The position numbers were made by a program, and so were the translations under genes. DNA of 64,000 nucleotides from Malacoraja senta (Eukaryota). The notes beneath the pieces were generated by a model. That model was given only the letters and a program-made list of their open reading frames with translations. It was not told where the DNA came from and searched no databases. Shown here in pieces: positions 23,967 to 38,242 of this stretch (its first letter is position 1; every line of letters begins with the position of its first letter). Location: positions 2,296,001 through 2,360,000 of the forward strand of contig CM075995.1 of the NCBI GenBank assembly GCA_038087875.1, read 5' to 3'.

Positions 23967-25949
23967 GAGATGGAGTCAAGGGCCCACACCATCAGTGTTT
24001 TGCCTGATGGTCTGGGCTCTATCAATATGCTGCAGCTTGCATGTTGACTGCATTAGCTAAATGTGGAGTAGGTATACAATTCTGGGCACAATAGCATGTC
24101 ACAGACAGTCATAAATAAAATAAATGGCCTATCAAATTGATTGCAGCCTTCATCACACATTAATAGGCAGTAAAGCAATCATCGTTCCTTTATTTCTCGT
24201 TTGAGGACTGCAGTGTCACTCTTTCTGTTAACTTTTAAAGGGTGAGTAAGCTTCATTTTTATTTTGGGCTTTTTTTCAATTTTTGTAATTAAACTGTTTC
24301 CTGGCCTCAGAACTTATTCCTACCTTGCACTGCTCCCTCTCATATCATGTTGAAACTAAGAACTGCTGATGAAATGCATAGGGAGGAACTGCAGATACTG
24401 GTTTACACCGAAGATAGACACAAAATGCTGGAGTAACTCAGGGGGACAGGCAGCATCTCTGGATAGAAGGAATGGGTGACGTTTCGGGTCGAGACCCATC
24501 TTCCGACTGAGAGTCAGGGGAGAGGGAGACACAGATATAAGGGAAGTGTAAGGCGTGAAAACAAGACCTCAAACGGGATGAAGCTCAAGAACTGCAGATG
24601 CTGGGTTATAAAAAAGAGACACAAAGTGCTGGAGTAACTCAGCAGGTCAGGCAGCATCTGTGGAAAACAAGAACAGGTGACATTTCTGGTTGGGACCATT
24701 ATTCAGACTACTTGTGGTTTTATTTCCCCTCTTATACCATCCTGGACATGTTTGCTCATGCAGTACAATGACACATCTGCCCCAGTCTCTGGTGTCGTGT
24801 CTCAATGGATTTATCCAATTATCAATGTGGTCAATGAGTCATGGAGTCACGGGAGAATCGTTACCTTCTTCTTTTCCTTCCTCAATGTTTAATTGAGGAC
24901 CGGGTATTTCTCCTGCTCCCTCCACCATGCACCATTTCAACCCCTAACTTTAATCGCCTTAATCAGGAAGCCACACATCTATGCAGTCACAGTGAGGACA
25001 CAATGGGCAATTCATCAGCACGATTATCTTGGACGGGATCAGGAGAATCTCCATTGAATCATACACTAGTTATAGAGTCATAGAATCATAGAGGTGATAT
25101 GGTGTGGAAACAGGCCCTTCAGCCCAACTTGCCCACACCGGCCGACATGTCCCTTCTACACTAGTCCACCAGCCTGCATTTGGCCCATATCCCTCTAAGG
25201 AATAGTGAAAGGCTTGGATAGAGTAGATGTGGAGAGGATGTTTCCACTCGTGGGAGAGTCTAGGACCAGAGGTCATCGCCTCAGAATTAAAGGACGTTCT
25301 TTTAGAAGATGAGGAGGAATTTCTTTAGTCAGAGGGCGGTGAATCTGTGGAATTCTTCGCTACAGAAGGCTGTGGCGGCCGTCAGTGGATATAATTAAGG
25401 CAGAGATAGATAGATTCTTGATCAGTACAGGTGTCAGAGGTTATGGGGAGAAGGCAGGAGAATGGCGTTAGGAGGAGAGATGGATCAGCCATGATTGAAT
25501 GACGGATTAGACTTGAAAGGCCAAATGGCCTAATTCTGCTCCTATCACTTATGATCCTATGATCATATGATATAAACCTATCCTATCCATCTACCTGTCT
25601 AACTGTTTCTTAAACGTTGCAATAATATTTGCCTCAACTACCTCTTCCGGCAGTTCATTACATACACATACCACCCTTTGTATGAACCCCTCAGATCCCA
25701 ATTAAATCTTTCCCCCTTCACCTTAAACCTATGTCCTCTGGTTCTCGATTCTCCTCCTCTGAGCTAGTGACTCTGTGCGTCCACCCGATCTATTCCCCTC
25801 ATGATTTTGTACACCTCCATGAGCTCACCCCTCATCCTCCTGCACTCCTAGGAATAGAATCCTAGTCTGCTCGACCTCTCCCTATAGCTCAAGTCCTGGC
25901 AACGTCCTCTTAAATCTTCTCTGCAGCCTTACATTACCTATTATATCAC

Positions 25950-26156
25950 TTCTCTAATTTCAGGTAGTCCCTGCTTTCTCCTCCCCTTCTCAGCTCTCCC
26001 TCAGCCCACTGTCTCCGCCTCTTCCTTTCTTCTTCCCGCAACCCCCCCCCCACACCCTCCCATCAGTCTGAAGAAGGGTCTCGATCCGAAACATTGCCTA
26101 TTTCCTTCGCTCCATAGATGCTGCCTCACCCGCTGAGTTTCTCCAGCATTTTTGTC
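25950..26156 (+). mobile_element. PLE 3' fragment with hammerhead module
   Basis: ORF end FSNFR*, pyrimidine-rich UTR, then ctgaagaagggtctcgatccgaaacattg; 15-bp TSD tacctattatatcac at 25935-25949 and 26157-26171. Confidence 0.85.
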
Positions 26157-26656
26157 TACCTATTATATCACCAAGGTAAGTTGCAGCTTTGTTGTTGCAA
26201 ACAGAAGGATCAGAGTCGATTGTAAATGTCATCACATTTCAAAGTAAATAGTAAGAAGATAAAATAATTTTGCCTTTGCACTTCAGATTCAATACACAGA
26301 GTTTTTAGCTATCTTTTACGTTGTACACTATCTTTTACATTGTCTCATTATTAGTTATTTAAGGCCCTGTCCTACTTTCCCGAGTTACTCACAAATTCTC
26401 CCGAGTCTTCCCCTTGATTCGAACTCGGAGAATTACGGTAATAGCCGTTCGTAGGTACTCGGGGCTATTTTTTTTACTCGTGGACATTTTTCAACATTTT
26501 GATTTCAATTAGTCTGTAATTTTGAATGAATAATGTTGTTGTAAAGAAAGAAATTGTTGCATGATTATGGTCACAGCAGAACTATCAACTCTCTTGAGAA
26601 CTCAGTCAACATGTGAACGGAGTGAGAATCTGTGATGAGTGATGAGGCTTGCCATT

Positions 26657-26970
26657 AGTTTAGTTTAGAGATACAGCGCGGAAACAGGCCCTTTGGCCCA
26701 CGGTGTCCGCACCGACCAGTGATCCCCGCACATTAACTCTATCCGACACACACTAGGGACAATTTACATTCATATCAAGCCAATTAACCTACAAACCTGT
26801 ACGTCTTTGGAGTGTTGGAGGAAACCGAAGATCTCGGAGAAAACCCACTCGGGTCACGGGGAGAACGTACAAACTCCGTACAGTCAACACCCGTAGTCGG
26901 GATCAAACCTGGGTCTCCGGCGCCGCAAGCGCTGTAAGGCATCAACTCTACCGCTGCGCCACCGTGCCGC
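26657..26970 (-). mobile_element. tRNA-derived V-SINE (HE1-like)
   Basis: Full-length reverse copy with A/B boxes and tail. Confidence 0.85.
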
Positions 26971-28296
26971 TCTCAGACTGTTAAAAGAAAGGTGCTTGGG
27001 AATGCTTCCTAATGACTTTCGGGCCAACATACATCATGAAACCTGAAAAATTAAAGCTTGTTTTTTTTTTTGCGCACTGCAAAGCATTGCAACCTAATAA
27101 AAGAGTAAGATTAATGATATCTTTCGGATATATATATCAGCTGAAACAAACTATCCCCACAGAGACCATTAAAGGAGGGATGATAAAAAAAAGGATGAAT
27201 TGAGTGCTATGAAAATATACAGAAGTCAATAAATTAAGGAAAAACAATCCAATAGGAAATAAAAATAGTACAAGGAAAAGTACGTACTGGGCACCATGTT
27301 AGATGCACAGAGTCTCTTGCCCAGAGGAGGGGAATCACGGACCAGAGACATAGGTTTAAGGTGAAGGGTAAAAGATTTGATAAGAATCAGAGGGGTAACC
27401 TATTCACACAAAGGGTGGTGGGTGTTTGCAACATGCTGCCAGAGAGGTAGTTGAGGCAGGGACTATCCCAACATTTAAGAAACAGTTAGACATGTACATG
27501 GATAGGACTAATTTTGGAGGGATGTGGACCTAATGCAGGCAGGTGGGTCTAGCATAGCTGGGACATGTTGGCCGGTGTGGGCAAGTTGGGCCGAAGGTTC
27601 TGCTTCCACACTGTATAACTCTGTGACTCTATGACTCTATGAATACCCAAGTGTGAATTGGGGATAGATGATCAAGTTAGAGATTTCAAAAGGTTTGTAA
27701 ATTTTGAAAGGAGAGGTTTGTACTTCATCGTTTTACAAAATAATACACGGCTACAAGTTATTGATGCAAGCAGAAATATGGGAATCAGTAGAGTGTCACA
27801 AATATTTCAAAGTGGAGAACAAATAGTGACTGCTTTCAGTGCTATTTATGCCACTAGTCATATTGGCGTATAATTAAAGGGCCTGTCCCACTTGGCGATT
27901 TTTTCGGCGACTGCCGGCACCATTGACTGACGTATCAGGTAGCCGAAAAATTCGAGGCGTGATGCGGCGTGACGCGGGGTGATGCGGCGGTGACGTGGCG
28001 CGATGACGTATGACGCGCGGTGTTTTTTCAAGTGTCACAATATTTTTTTTGTCGCCGCTGGTTTTTGAAATGTTCAAAATCTTTTGGTGACGCTGATATG
28101 ACGCCGGCAGTCTTTAACTTAACAACTTTGGAATTTATCAGCAAGCACTCCACAAAAGCCAGCTCAAGCTTAAATTCCAAGATTCTTGCACTAACAGGCT
28201 TATTTTTAGAGCAGAAAGTATGTCAGGCTTGAGCAAAACAATAATGTACTGTCCACGATGTGTTTTATAACCAGAAATGAATGTCTTGGACTTTAA

Positions 28297-28433
28297 GTTT
28301 AAGAAGGAACTGTAGATGCTGGAAAATCGAAGGTAGACAAAAATGCTGGAGAAACTCAGCGGGTGAGGCAACATCTATGGAGCGAAGGAAATAGGCAACG
28401 TTTCGGGTCGAGACACTTCTTCAGACACTAATC
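28297..28433 (-). mobile_element. TSD-flanked hammerhead mini-element
   Basis: 13-bp TSD tcttggactttaa at 28284-28296 and 28434-28446; minus strand reads ctgaagaagtgtctcgacccgaaacgttgcc. Confidence 0.8.
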
Positions 28434-29879
28434 TCTTGGACTTTAATCTCAGTTTATCTAAATGTGAATCCAATTTGTGACCATCTGATGCTAAAATACA
28501 TATATTTATATTTGGGCATAAACTATCGTCCTTTGCAATATTACTCATGAAACGCTAACAGTTTCGGCATATTGACGTTCATCAGTCAGAATGTTGAGTA
28601 GAGAAGTTGGGAGGTCATGTTGTTGTTATATAAGACATTGGTGGGGGCGCATTTAGAGTATTGAGTTCAGTTCTGTGCACCATGTTATAGGAGAGATGTA
28701 AGAAACATAGAAACATAGAAAACAGGTGTAAGGGTAGGCCATTCAGCCCTTCGAGCCAGCACCGCCATTCAATAAGATCAAGGCTAATCATCCAAAATCA
28801 GTACTCCGTTCCTGCTATCTCCCCATATCCCTTGATTCCGTTAGTCCTAAGAGCGACTGTAGATCTAACTCTCTCTTGAAAACATCCAGTGAATTGGCCT
28901 CCACTGCCTTCTGTGGCAGAGAATTCCACAGATTCACAAATCTCTGGGTGAAAAGATTTTCCTCATCTCAGTCCTAAATGGCTTACCCCTTATTCTAAAA
29001 CTGTTCTGGACTCCCCCAACATCAGGAACATTTTTCCTGCATCTATGCTGCCCAATCCCTTAAGGATTGTATATGGTTCTATAAGATCCCCTCTCATTCT
29101 TCTAAATTCCAGTGAAGATAAGCCAAGTCAATCCATTCTTGTCAAGCTGGAAAGGGTGCAGAGAAGAATTACGAGGATGTTGCCAGGGCCTGAGCTATAG
29201 GGAGAGGTTGAGCAGGATAGGACTCTATTCCTTGGAGCGCAGGAGGATGAGGGGCGATCTTACAGAAGTGTACAAAATCATGAGAAGGAATAGAGAAATG
29301 CACAGTGTCTGTTGCCCAGAGTAGGGGAATCACGAACCATAGAGCATATGTTTCAGGTGAAGGATAAAAGTTTTTAATAGGAACCTGAGGAGTAACCATT
29401 TTACACAAAGGGTGGTGGGTGGGTGGATGGAACGAGCTGACAGAGGAGGTAGTTGAGGCAGGTACTATTGCAATGTTTAAGAAATATTTGGACCAGTACA
29501 TCAATAGAATAGGTTTAGAGGAATATGTGCCAAACGCAGGCAGGTGGGACTAGTGTAAATGGGACATGATGGGCAGAGTAATCAGCACAGTGGTAAAATA
29601 AGGTCATAAGTTCTAGGAGCAGAATTAGCCCATTCCGCCCATTGTCAACTCCGCCATTCAATCATGGCTGATCTATCTGTCCCTCTCAACCCAATTCTCC
29701 TGCCTTCTCCCCATAACCCCCGACACTCTTACTAATCAAGAATCTGTCAATTTCCGCCTTAAAAATATCTATTGACTTGGACTCCGCAGCCACCTGTGGC
29801 AATGAATTGCAGATTCACCAGCTTAACATGGTTTAATGAACCAAAGTTTCACCGCACAGCAAAGCCCGAACCAGACAGA

Positions 29880-30460
29880 GTTTAGTTTAGTCTATTGTCA
29901 CGTTTACAGAGTTACAGCGAAAAGCTTTTGTCACGTGCTAACCAGTTAGCGGAAAGAAAATACATGATTAGAATCGAGCCATTCACAGTGTACAGATACA
30001 TGATTAGGGAATCATTATTAGTGCAAGATAAAGCCAGCAAATTCCAATCAAAGATAGTCTCCAATGAGGTTCAGGACTGCTCTCTAGTTGTTGTTAGGAT
30101 GGTTCAGTTGCCTGATAACAGCTGGGAAGAAACTGTCCTTGAATCTGGAGGTGTGCGTTTTCACACTTCTATACCTTTTGCCCGATGGGAGAGGGGAGAA
30201 GAGTGAGTGGCCAGGGTGCGACTCATCCTTGTTTATGCTGCTGGCCTTGCCGAGGCAGCGTGAGGTATAAATGAAGTCAGTGGAAGGGAGATCGGTTTGT
30301 GTGATGGTCTGGGCTGAGTCCACAATTTGCTGCAATTTTTTGCGGTCTTGGATGGAGCTATTCTCAAACCATACTGTGATGCATCTGCAGAAGTTGGTGA
30401 CAGTTGTTGGGGGCACGCCAAATTTCCTAAGCCTTCTAAGGAAGTAAAGACGTTGGTGTG
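29880..30460 (-). mobile_element. Rex1/Babar-type LINE 3' fragment
   Basis: CITVWF...DRKKLQQIV...HPGHSLFSPLPSGKRYRSVKTHTSRFKDSFFP. Confidence 0.8.
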
Positions 30461-33400
30461 CTTAGGAACCTGGGGGGCAATATTTTCCCTCAAAAGGGTG
30501 GTATGAATATGGAACGCAATTTCAGACGATGCAGTTGAGGTCGCCGTGATGCATCCCGATAAAATGCTTTCTACAGCGCATCTATGAAAGTTGGCATCTG
30601 TATGTCAGTATTGCTTCCATGTGTAGGAAGGAACTGCAGATGCTGGTTTAAACCGAACATAGACACAAAAAGCTGGAGTAACTCAGCGGTCAGACAGAAT
30701 CTCTGGAGAAAAGGAATAGGTGACGTCCTGGGTCGAGACCATTCTTCAGCCTCCATGCTACCTCCTTTACTTCATGTTTGTGAATCCTTTAAAAGCTAAA
30801 GCCTCGGCTCAAAGGCAGGTCTGGGCGTCAAACTGCTGACAGCTGTACTGAAATAAATAATTGACCATCACAAGACTGAATTATGGGAGCTTTCCCTGTG
30901 TTGGCCTCATTTGACCGCACGTGTTTGACTGTGCCAACAATCTGGACCTCTGTATTTTCGAGACACTGATAACTAAATAAATAATTTCAATACCAAATTC
31001 AAATCACTACGCATTTGCCTGGAGTGTAATAACAACAGAAGCTAAACATCCTGTAATATTATTTCATGGCAATTTCATCCAAAGATCCCTTTAGGATATG
31101 AGAGAGTTTATTTACAAATTATCTTCTTCCCTTTCAGATTATTCTGGCTTTAAAAGTCAAACATTGTCCAGGTTTACACTTTTGAGTTCCAGAGTCCAGT
31201 TGTACTCCCTCATTTTCTATAATTCTGAAAATCAACGTATTTTAACATAAAATCATAATCACAATCACAATCATACTTTATTAGCAAGTATGTTTTTGCA
31301 ACATACGAGGAATTTCATTTGCCAAGTCTGTCATACAAATAAAAAGAACGGAACACACAAAACACATTTTAACATAAACATCCACCACAGTGACTCCGCC
31401 ACATTCCTCACTGTGATGGAAGGCGAAAAAAAGTTCAATCCCTTCCCTTTGCTCTCTCGCAGTCAGGGGCCTCGAGCCCTCCGTTGACGGGATGATCTTG
31501 ACTCCCGTAGCCGGCGCCGTTTTGGCCCTCTGCGTCAGGGCGATCAGCTCCTGCATCGGGGGGATGTCAGTTCCCCCGCGCCGGACGATCGAACCCCGCG
31601 TCGGGGCTGGTCGAACCTTCCGTGAAGTTGTAGCTCCCGACATCCACGGCCTCTCCCGAGACTGAGAGCTCCCGATGTAAAGTCCGCAGGCCGCAGTTGG
31701 AGCGATGCCAGGCAAGGGATCGACTCCGATGTAAGTCCACGCCCCACAGTGGGGCCCAAGGTCAGTCTGAGAAGGCATCCAGCTCCATCGATGGTAGGCT
31801 GCAGAGCGACTGGAGAATGCGATCCGAAAATTAATCGCATATTAAATATAATTACCACACGCCCACAGTATCTGTTTACAATTGTCGGATTACTGTTGGA
31901 AAGTTACCACAGAGTATTCTATGGGATAATATGTACAGTACATGCGGCACAGTGCTGGAGCGGTAGAGTTACTGCCTTATAGTGCCAGAGACCCAGGTTC
32001 GATCCTGACGTTTGTACGTTCTCCCCGTGACCTGCTTGGGTTTTCTCCTGGTGCTACCCACCTGGTTTCCTCCCACATTCCAAAGGCGTACAGGTTTCCA
32101 GGTTAATTGGCTTGGTAAAATTGTAAATTGTCCCTAGTGTGTAGGATAGTTGTGTACGGGGATCACAGGTCGGAACGGACTCGGTGAGCTGAAGGGCCGG
32201 CTTCCGCGCTGTATCTAAACTAAACTAAACTAAACTAAACTAAACATGCATTCTGTAGTCTGAAGAAAGGTCACCCATTCCTTCTCTCCAGAGATGCTGC
32301 CTGTCTCACTGAGTTTCTCCAGCAATTTGTGTCTACCTTTGGTTTAAACCAGCATCTGCAATTCCTTCCTAAACATGCATTTGGATGGACAAGGGCTGGT
32401 TAGGGATGGTCAGCATGGTTTTGTACCTGGGAGGTCATGTCTCACGAATCTGATTGATTAATTTTTTTGATGATGTGACCAAAAAGGTTGATGGGGGGCA
32501 CAGAGTCTCTTGCCCAGAGTAGGGGGATCAAGAACCAGAGAACATAGGTTTAAGGTGAGAGGGGCAAAGATTTAGTAGGAACGTGAGAGGTAACTTTTAT
32601 ACACAATGGGTGGTGGTTATATTGAATGAGCTGCCGGAGGAGGTAGTTGAGGCAGGTACTATCACAATGTTTAAGAAGCATTTAGACAGGTACATGGATC
32701 GGACAGGTTTGGAGGAATATGGGATGAACGCGGGCAGGTGGGACTAGTTTAGCTGGGGCATGTTGGTCATTGTGGGCAAGTTGGGCCAATGGGCTTGTTT
32801 CCACGCTGTATGACTCTATAACTATGACTTAATTTAATTTAATTCTTGTTTACAATGGCAACTATAATTATGTAAAATAAGAAGATGGAGCAGCCTGGAC
32901 GAGGTCAGGGAAAGGCCAGACGTCAGGCAGGTTCAACAGTAGTTTAATGCCGCAGCGAGAACACACACACACACCAGCGAGCAGGACCTGGGAAACCCCG
33001 TGGCAGACCCACGTCCCTGTCCCTCAAGAGCCGAGGGGGATGACCCAAGGATTGGCCTAACCCCCAGGGACCGCCACGAAGACTTAGAAGAAAGAACACA
33101 GGAAATGTACAGCACAAGAACAGGCTCTTCAATGTCTGTGCCAAGCATGATGCCAGAATAAACTAGTCTCCTCTGCCTGCACATGATCCATATCCCTCCA
33201 ATCCACATGACTATCATATCTGCGTCCTCCTCCACCACCACCCCTGGCAGTGTGTTCCCAGCATCCATCACAGTCTGTGCAAAAACCTGCCCCGCCTGTC
33301 TCCTTTAAACTTTGCCCCTCTCAGTTGATCGCTGCGGCCTCTGGGCTTTGACATTTCCACCCTGGGGAAAAAAAGGTTCTGACTGTCGACCCTCTCATAA

Positions 33401-34539
33401 TGCTATACATTCATAAGTGATAGGACTAGAACAAGGCTATTCGGCCCATCAAGTCTACACCGCCATTCAATCATAGCTGATCTATCTCTCCCCCTCAACT
33501 GCATTCTCCTGCCTTCTCCCCATAATCCCTGCCACCCAGACTATATATCAAGAATCTATCTATCTCTGCCTTAAAAATATCCATTGACGGCCTCCACAGC
33601 CTTCTGTGGCAAAGAATACTACCCTCTGACTAAAGAAATCCCTCTCATCTCCTTCATAAAGATGCATTTATTCTGAGATGCGTTTATTCTGATATACTTC
33701 TATCATGTTTCCCCTCAAACTCCGACTTTCTAGATAAAATAAAACATGTTTATCCAACCTCCTCTTCTAGCTAATACTGCTCATCCAGGCAACATTTGAC
33801 TTTGCAACCATTATTTTGACAAACCCAATGTGGCCCGCACAGTTTTCACCTGTTGAATTACTTTCATGACCCAATTAGTTGATCGTGAAGGTGAGAACAT
33901 AGACTACGGGCAGCCACGGTGGCATGGCGGTGGAGTTGCTGCCTTACAGCACTTGAAGTGGTTCGATCCCGACTGCGGATGCTGTCTGTACGGAGTTTGT
34001 ACTGTACATTCTCCCCGTGACCGTGCGGGTTTTCTCCGAGTTCTTCGGTTTCCTCCAGCACTCGAAAGACGTGCAGGTATGTAGGTTAATTAGCTTGGTG
34101 TATGTGTGAAAATTGTCCCTAGTGTGTGTAGGATAGTGTAAACGTGCGGGGATCGCTGGTCAATGCAGCCTCGATGGGCCGAAGGGCCTGTTTCCGGCTG
34201 TATCTCCACACTAAACTTAGAACATAGAACAGTGCAGCCCAAGGACTGGCCCTTCGGCCCACAATGTCAGTGCCAAAGATGATGCCAAGACCATCTCCCA
34301 TCTAACTGTGCATCATCTAATAGAACATAGAACAATTAGGAGGTTGGAGCATAGAAATTGGGCTATCACATTTGTGCGTCATACAGCAGAGAAACAGGCC
34401 CTTCAGCCCAACTTGCCCAGGCTGACCAAGGTGCCCCATCTACTCTAGTCCCACCTGGCCGCGTTTATCCCATATCCTTCTGAACCACTCCTATCCATGT
34501 ATAGTACATATCCAAAAGTCTTTCAAGTGGGGCGCCATC

Positions 34540-35378
34540 ATAGGGGGCGCCGTCCAGTTGGGTATGGCTGCCCTGCCTGCAGCTGTCTGTTTTTTCGCTT
34601 CTTTTTTATTTTTTGTATGTTTAATAGTGTTTTGCTTTTGGAGGACTAGTCTTTTTATGTGGGGGGTGGAGGGGGGAAGGGGGAAACTGCTTTTCCTAGT
34701 CCCTACCTGGTCGGAGAGGCAGCTTTCCTCCGAGCAGCACCTTTGACCCGTCCTCGCGGCCTACCATCGGGGTCATGAGCGGCGTTTCCTGAGGGGACTG
34801 GCCAGAACCACGGCTTCAGCGGAGGCACAGCGCTGGTGCGCTATCGCGTAGCGGATGATGCCTCGCCCGGGTCACCGCGCTGGAATGCTGAGACCGCCGA
34901 TGATAACATCGCGATGCTGCGGGACTGTGGAGCAGCGGCGCTGACTTTAACATCGGGAGCCTGGGATCTCTCGCCGAGATCACCAGTGGTGGAGCTCCGT
35001 CCAGCGCGGCCTGTCAGCTTCGGAAGCCGCGGTCTCCGGTAAGGAAGCGGCCGTTCCAGGTATCCCAAGCCGCTGAGAGGGTTCTCCCGACGCCGAAACA
35101 CCATCACCCGGCGAGAAGGGCCTGAATCATCGGGCCCCGTAGCGGCGACTGCAGAGGCCTCAATAGGCCCGACTATGGGTGGACATGGGGATGAGGACTG
35201 GACTTTGTGCCTTCCCTCACAGTGAGAACCATTGTGGGGGGATATTTTTATGTTTTACGTTAAATTTCTTTAAAATGTTATGTTGTATTCTTATTAATGT
35301 GCTGCAATGGCAACATGAATTTCACTACACCAATTGGTGTATGTGACAATAAATGAACCTTTGAACCTTTGAACCTTT
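34540..35378 (+). mobile_element. CpG-rich ~800-bp non-autonomous retroposon with Rex1-like tail
   Basis: Starts ggggcgccgtc..tatggctgccctgcc and ends gtgacaataaa(tgaacctt)n; colinear with 50654-51440. Confidence 0.6.
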
Positions 35379-35645
35379 CAAGTGCCGTTGTCATTTCTGC
35401 CTCAACTTCCTCTTCCGGCACCTCATTCCATGTACCCACCCACACTGTAACACTGATAGAAATCCTACACCGTTGGAGATGAGGCATTACATCAAGGCTT
35501 CATGAGGAGCACATAATAAAGCAAAAGACACCATTTTGAAGAGCAGCAGCAAAATTCTCTACTGTATCCACGGCAATATTTATTTATTCTTTATTTATGT
35601 CTTTCATTCTTTCATGTCATAGAATCATAGATTCATGGAGTCTTA

Positions 35646-35841
35646 TGGGCCTGTCCCACTTAGGCGATTTTTTCGGCGACTGCCAGCGACTAGGACAATG
35701 GAATTCACCGAAGTCAGCACCGGCGACAACCTACGACAGCCCAAATTGTCGTGATTGTTGGCGAAAAATGTTCAACATGTTGAACATTTTTCGGCAGTCA
35801 CCTGTAGTCACCTAAAAAACCGCCTAAGTGGGACAGGCTCA
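35646..35841. mobile_element. PIF/Harbinger MITE (196 bp)
   Basis: TIRs tgggcctgtcccacttaggcg / cgcctaagtgggacaggctca; TTA TSD at 35643-35645 and 35842-35844. Confidence 0.85.
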
Positions 35842-36125
35842 TTACAGTGTGCAAATGGGCTCTTCGGCCCAACTTGCCCGCACCAACCAACTACACCAGT
35901 CCCACCTGAATGCGTTTGGCCCATATCCCTCCAATCCTGTCCTATCCATATACCTGTCTACACCCACCATTCTTTGAGTGAAAAAGGTTACCCCTCACAT
36001 TCCTACTAAATCTTTTCCCACTCACCTTAATCCTATGTCGTCTGGTTCTCGATTCTCCTACTCTGGGCAGGAGATGGTACTTAGGAGAAATGAATGGAAG
36101 ATATGCAAAAAGCAGTGGCAATGAT

Positions 36126-37165
36126 TAGCAATGTTACAAAATTTTGAGATTTTAAAAATAAAGTCTGCAATGTATGCCATCAGATAAAGCATAAAAATAA
36201 GTTTAATTTGACACCTAATTCACTTTCATATCTTCAGTATTAAAAAAGTTATGGCCATTTTCATACTCGGAAATTAGCATTTTGTTCCCTATTGCTTTTC
36301 CATTGACTGAACACAAAAGCTGTGATCGAGGACAGTCAAAAGCCCATAACTTTCTTAAAAATTAAGAGAACTGAAAGAAATTTTCAGTTATTATAGATTG
36401 AAGCATTCTGAAACAAATATGAAACAATCTTACTTAGATGACATGAAATTAAAGCATATAATTAGTTAGTTACCTAATTGTAGCTAATTACAAAATTCAA
36501 TTACTAGATCTAAACATCTATCAATTTCTTAAGAATAGATTAACATTTTTAAATAGCCTAAGTGTCCAAATAACATTCACACAGTATTCACAATATAACA
36601 TAATTTTTAAATTTCATTGTCATGGATTTACAGGCCAAATGGAAGGAATTTAATGTTTAATACCTGTAAATTAATGGGCATATAAATCATCTTGCGAGTG
36701 GGGTTTTCTGTAACGCGATCATTTGGAACATTGATTTGCGGTGAATTTAACCCCGTATCGGCATGAAAAATTCTGCTGTTAGTTCGGGGAAAAGAATCAC
36801 CGTTTCGCATTAAAAAATATGAATTAAAGGCCTTAAGAAGCACTTTTATACAAAAAAATAAACTACTTTCGTTTACCTGTCCCGTGTGTGAAATCCGTCC
36901 CCGTTGTCGGCGTTGACGGCTTTCGAAGCTGATTTTAAAATAACTCCAGCGCTGACATTGTCGATTTAATAAAAATTAAAAATACACAAAACGCCCGTAG
37001 GAACGATTTCTCAGCAAACGCTTGTACTCCAACGAAATATAATACAGGACAAGGTAGGAGAAACCCGCGTTTTAACCCCGCCCCCCCCTTAAAGGCGCCA
37101 AAATCGCGCACACGGCCAGTGGCAGAATTGCAGCGCCGCTGAAGGTAAGTATTGTAACATACCTA
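36126..37165. mobile_element. Non-autonomous DNA transposon (1040 bp), TAG...CTA ends, 7-bp TSD
   Basis: Imperfect 16-bp TIRs TAGCAATGTTACAAAA / TATTGTAACATACCTA; TSD caatgat at 36119-36125 and 37166-37172. Confidence 0.85.
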
Positions 37166-37195
37166 CAATGATGGAAATGTGGGGCTATTGTTGAC

Positions 37196-37340
37196 TGTGG
37201 GCAAGGTGACAATGAGTATACAGGCAGAAGAACTCAACAGGACGACAGTAAAACTAGTATCATGAGTAGGGTGGGTTTGGGATGGAGAGAGAGTGGATGC
37301 AAGTGTTACCTGAAGTTAGAGAAATCAATATTCATACCGC
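37196..37340 (-). mobile_element. PLE ORF C-terminus/3'UTR fragment, inverted relative to the hammerhead module at ~37455-37910
   Basis: Minus strand reads LGSFQPSGMNIDFSNFR*. Confidence 0.75.
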
Positions 37341-38242
37341 TGGGTTGGAAACTGCCTAAGTACCATCTATGATCACATTGAATGGCGGTGCTGGCTCGAA
37401 GGGCCGAATGGCCTACTCCCGCACCTATTGTCTATTGTCTAGTGTCTATTGTCTATATCTCTCGTTCCCCTTTCCCCGACTCTCAGTCTGAAGAAGGGTC
37501 TCGACCCAAAAACGTCACCTATTCCTTTTCGCCAAAGATGCTGCCTAACCCCTTCCTAAGGGCAGCACAGCGGTAGAGTTGCTGCCTTACAGCGCCAGAG
37601 ACCCAGGTTGAATCCTTCTACGGGTGCTGCCTGTACGGAGTTTGTACGTTCTCCCGGTGACATGTGTGGGTTTTCTCCAAGATATTCGGTTACCTCCCAC
37701 ACTCCAATACATACTGTTTTGTAGGCTAATTGGCTTGGTATAAGTGTAAATTGTCCTTCGGTGTGTGTAGGATAGTGTTAATATGCGGGGATCAGGCCCA
37801 AAGGGCTTGATTCCGCGCTGTATCTCTAAACTAAGCTAAACCCGCTGAGTTACTCCAGCTTTTTTGTGTCTCCTCGGTGCAAACCAATATCTGCAGTTCC
37901 ATCCTACACATTATGGCATGAGAGTTCGACTGAGTTTAGTTTACATAGCATGAAAAATAAAATCGCTTTAATTGATTGAGATGGCTGCACAGATCATTAT
38001 CAGCACAGTAACATCTGTCAGGACAGTCGCCTATTTTTATTATCAGTGAGCGTGCTGAGATAAGGATTTAAACTAAATCACAATGTCATGTCACTCAATA
38101 ATTCCTGTTTTAATGGCCAGTGGAACCTCTTGCAGAAATGTGTAAGAAGGAACTGCAGATGCTGGCAGAAATAATTGTCGTACAACACGCTGAGGTGACA
38201 ACCTGTTGGGGAGAAGATAAATGGATTATTAAAGAAGCTGCC

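Noticed and set aside
32870..33090. Possible LTR fragment on the minus strand
   Set aside because: No second terminus, TSD or internal sequence to support it
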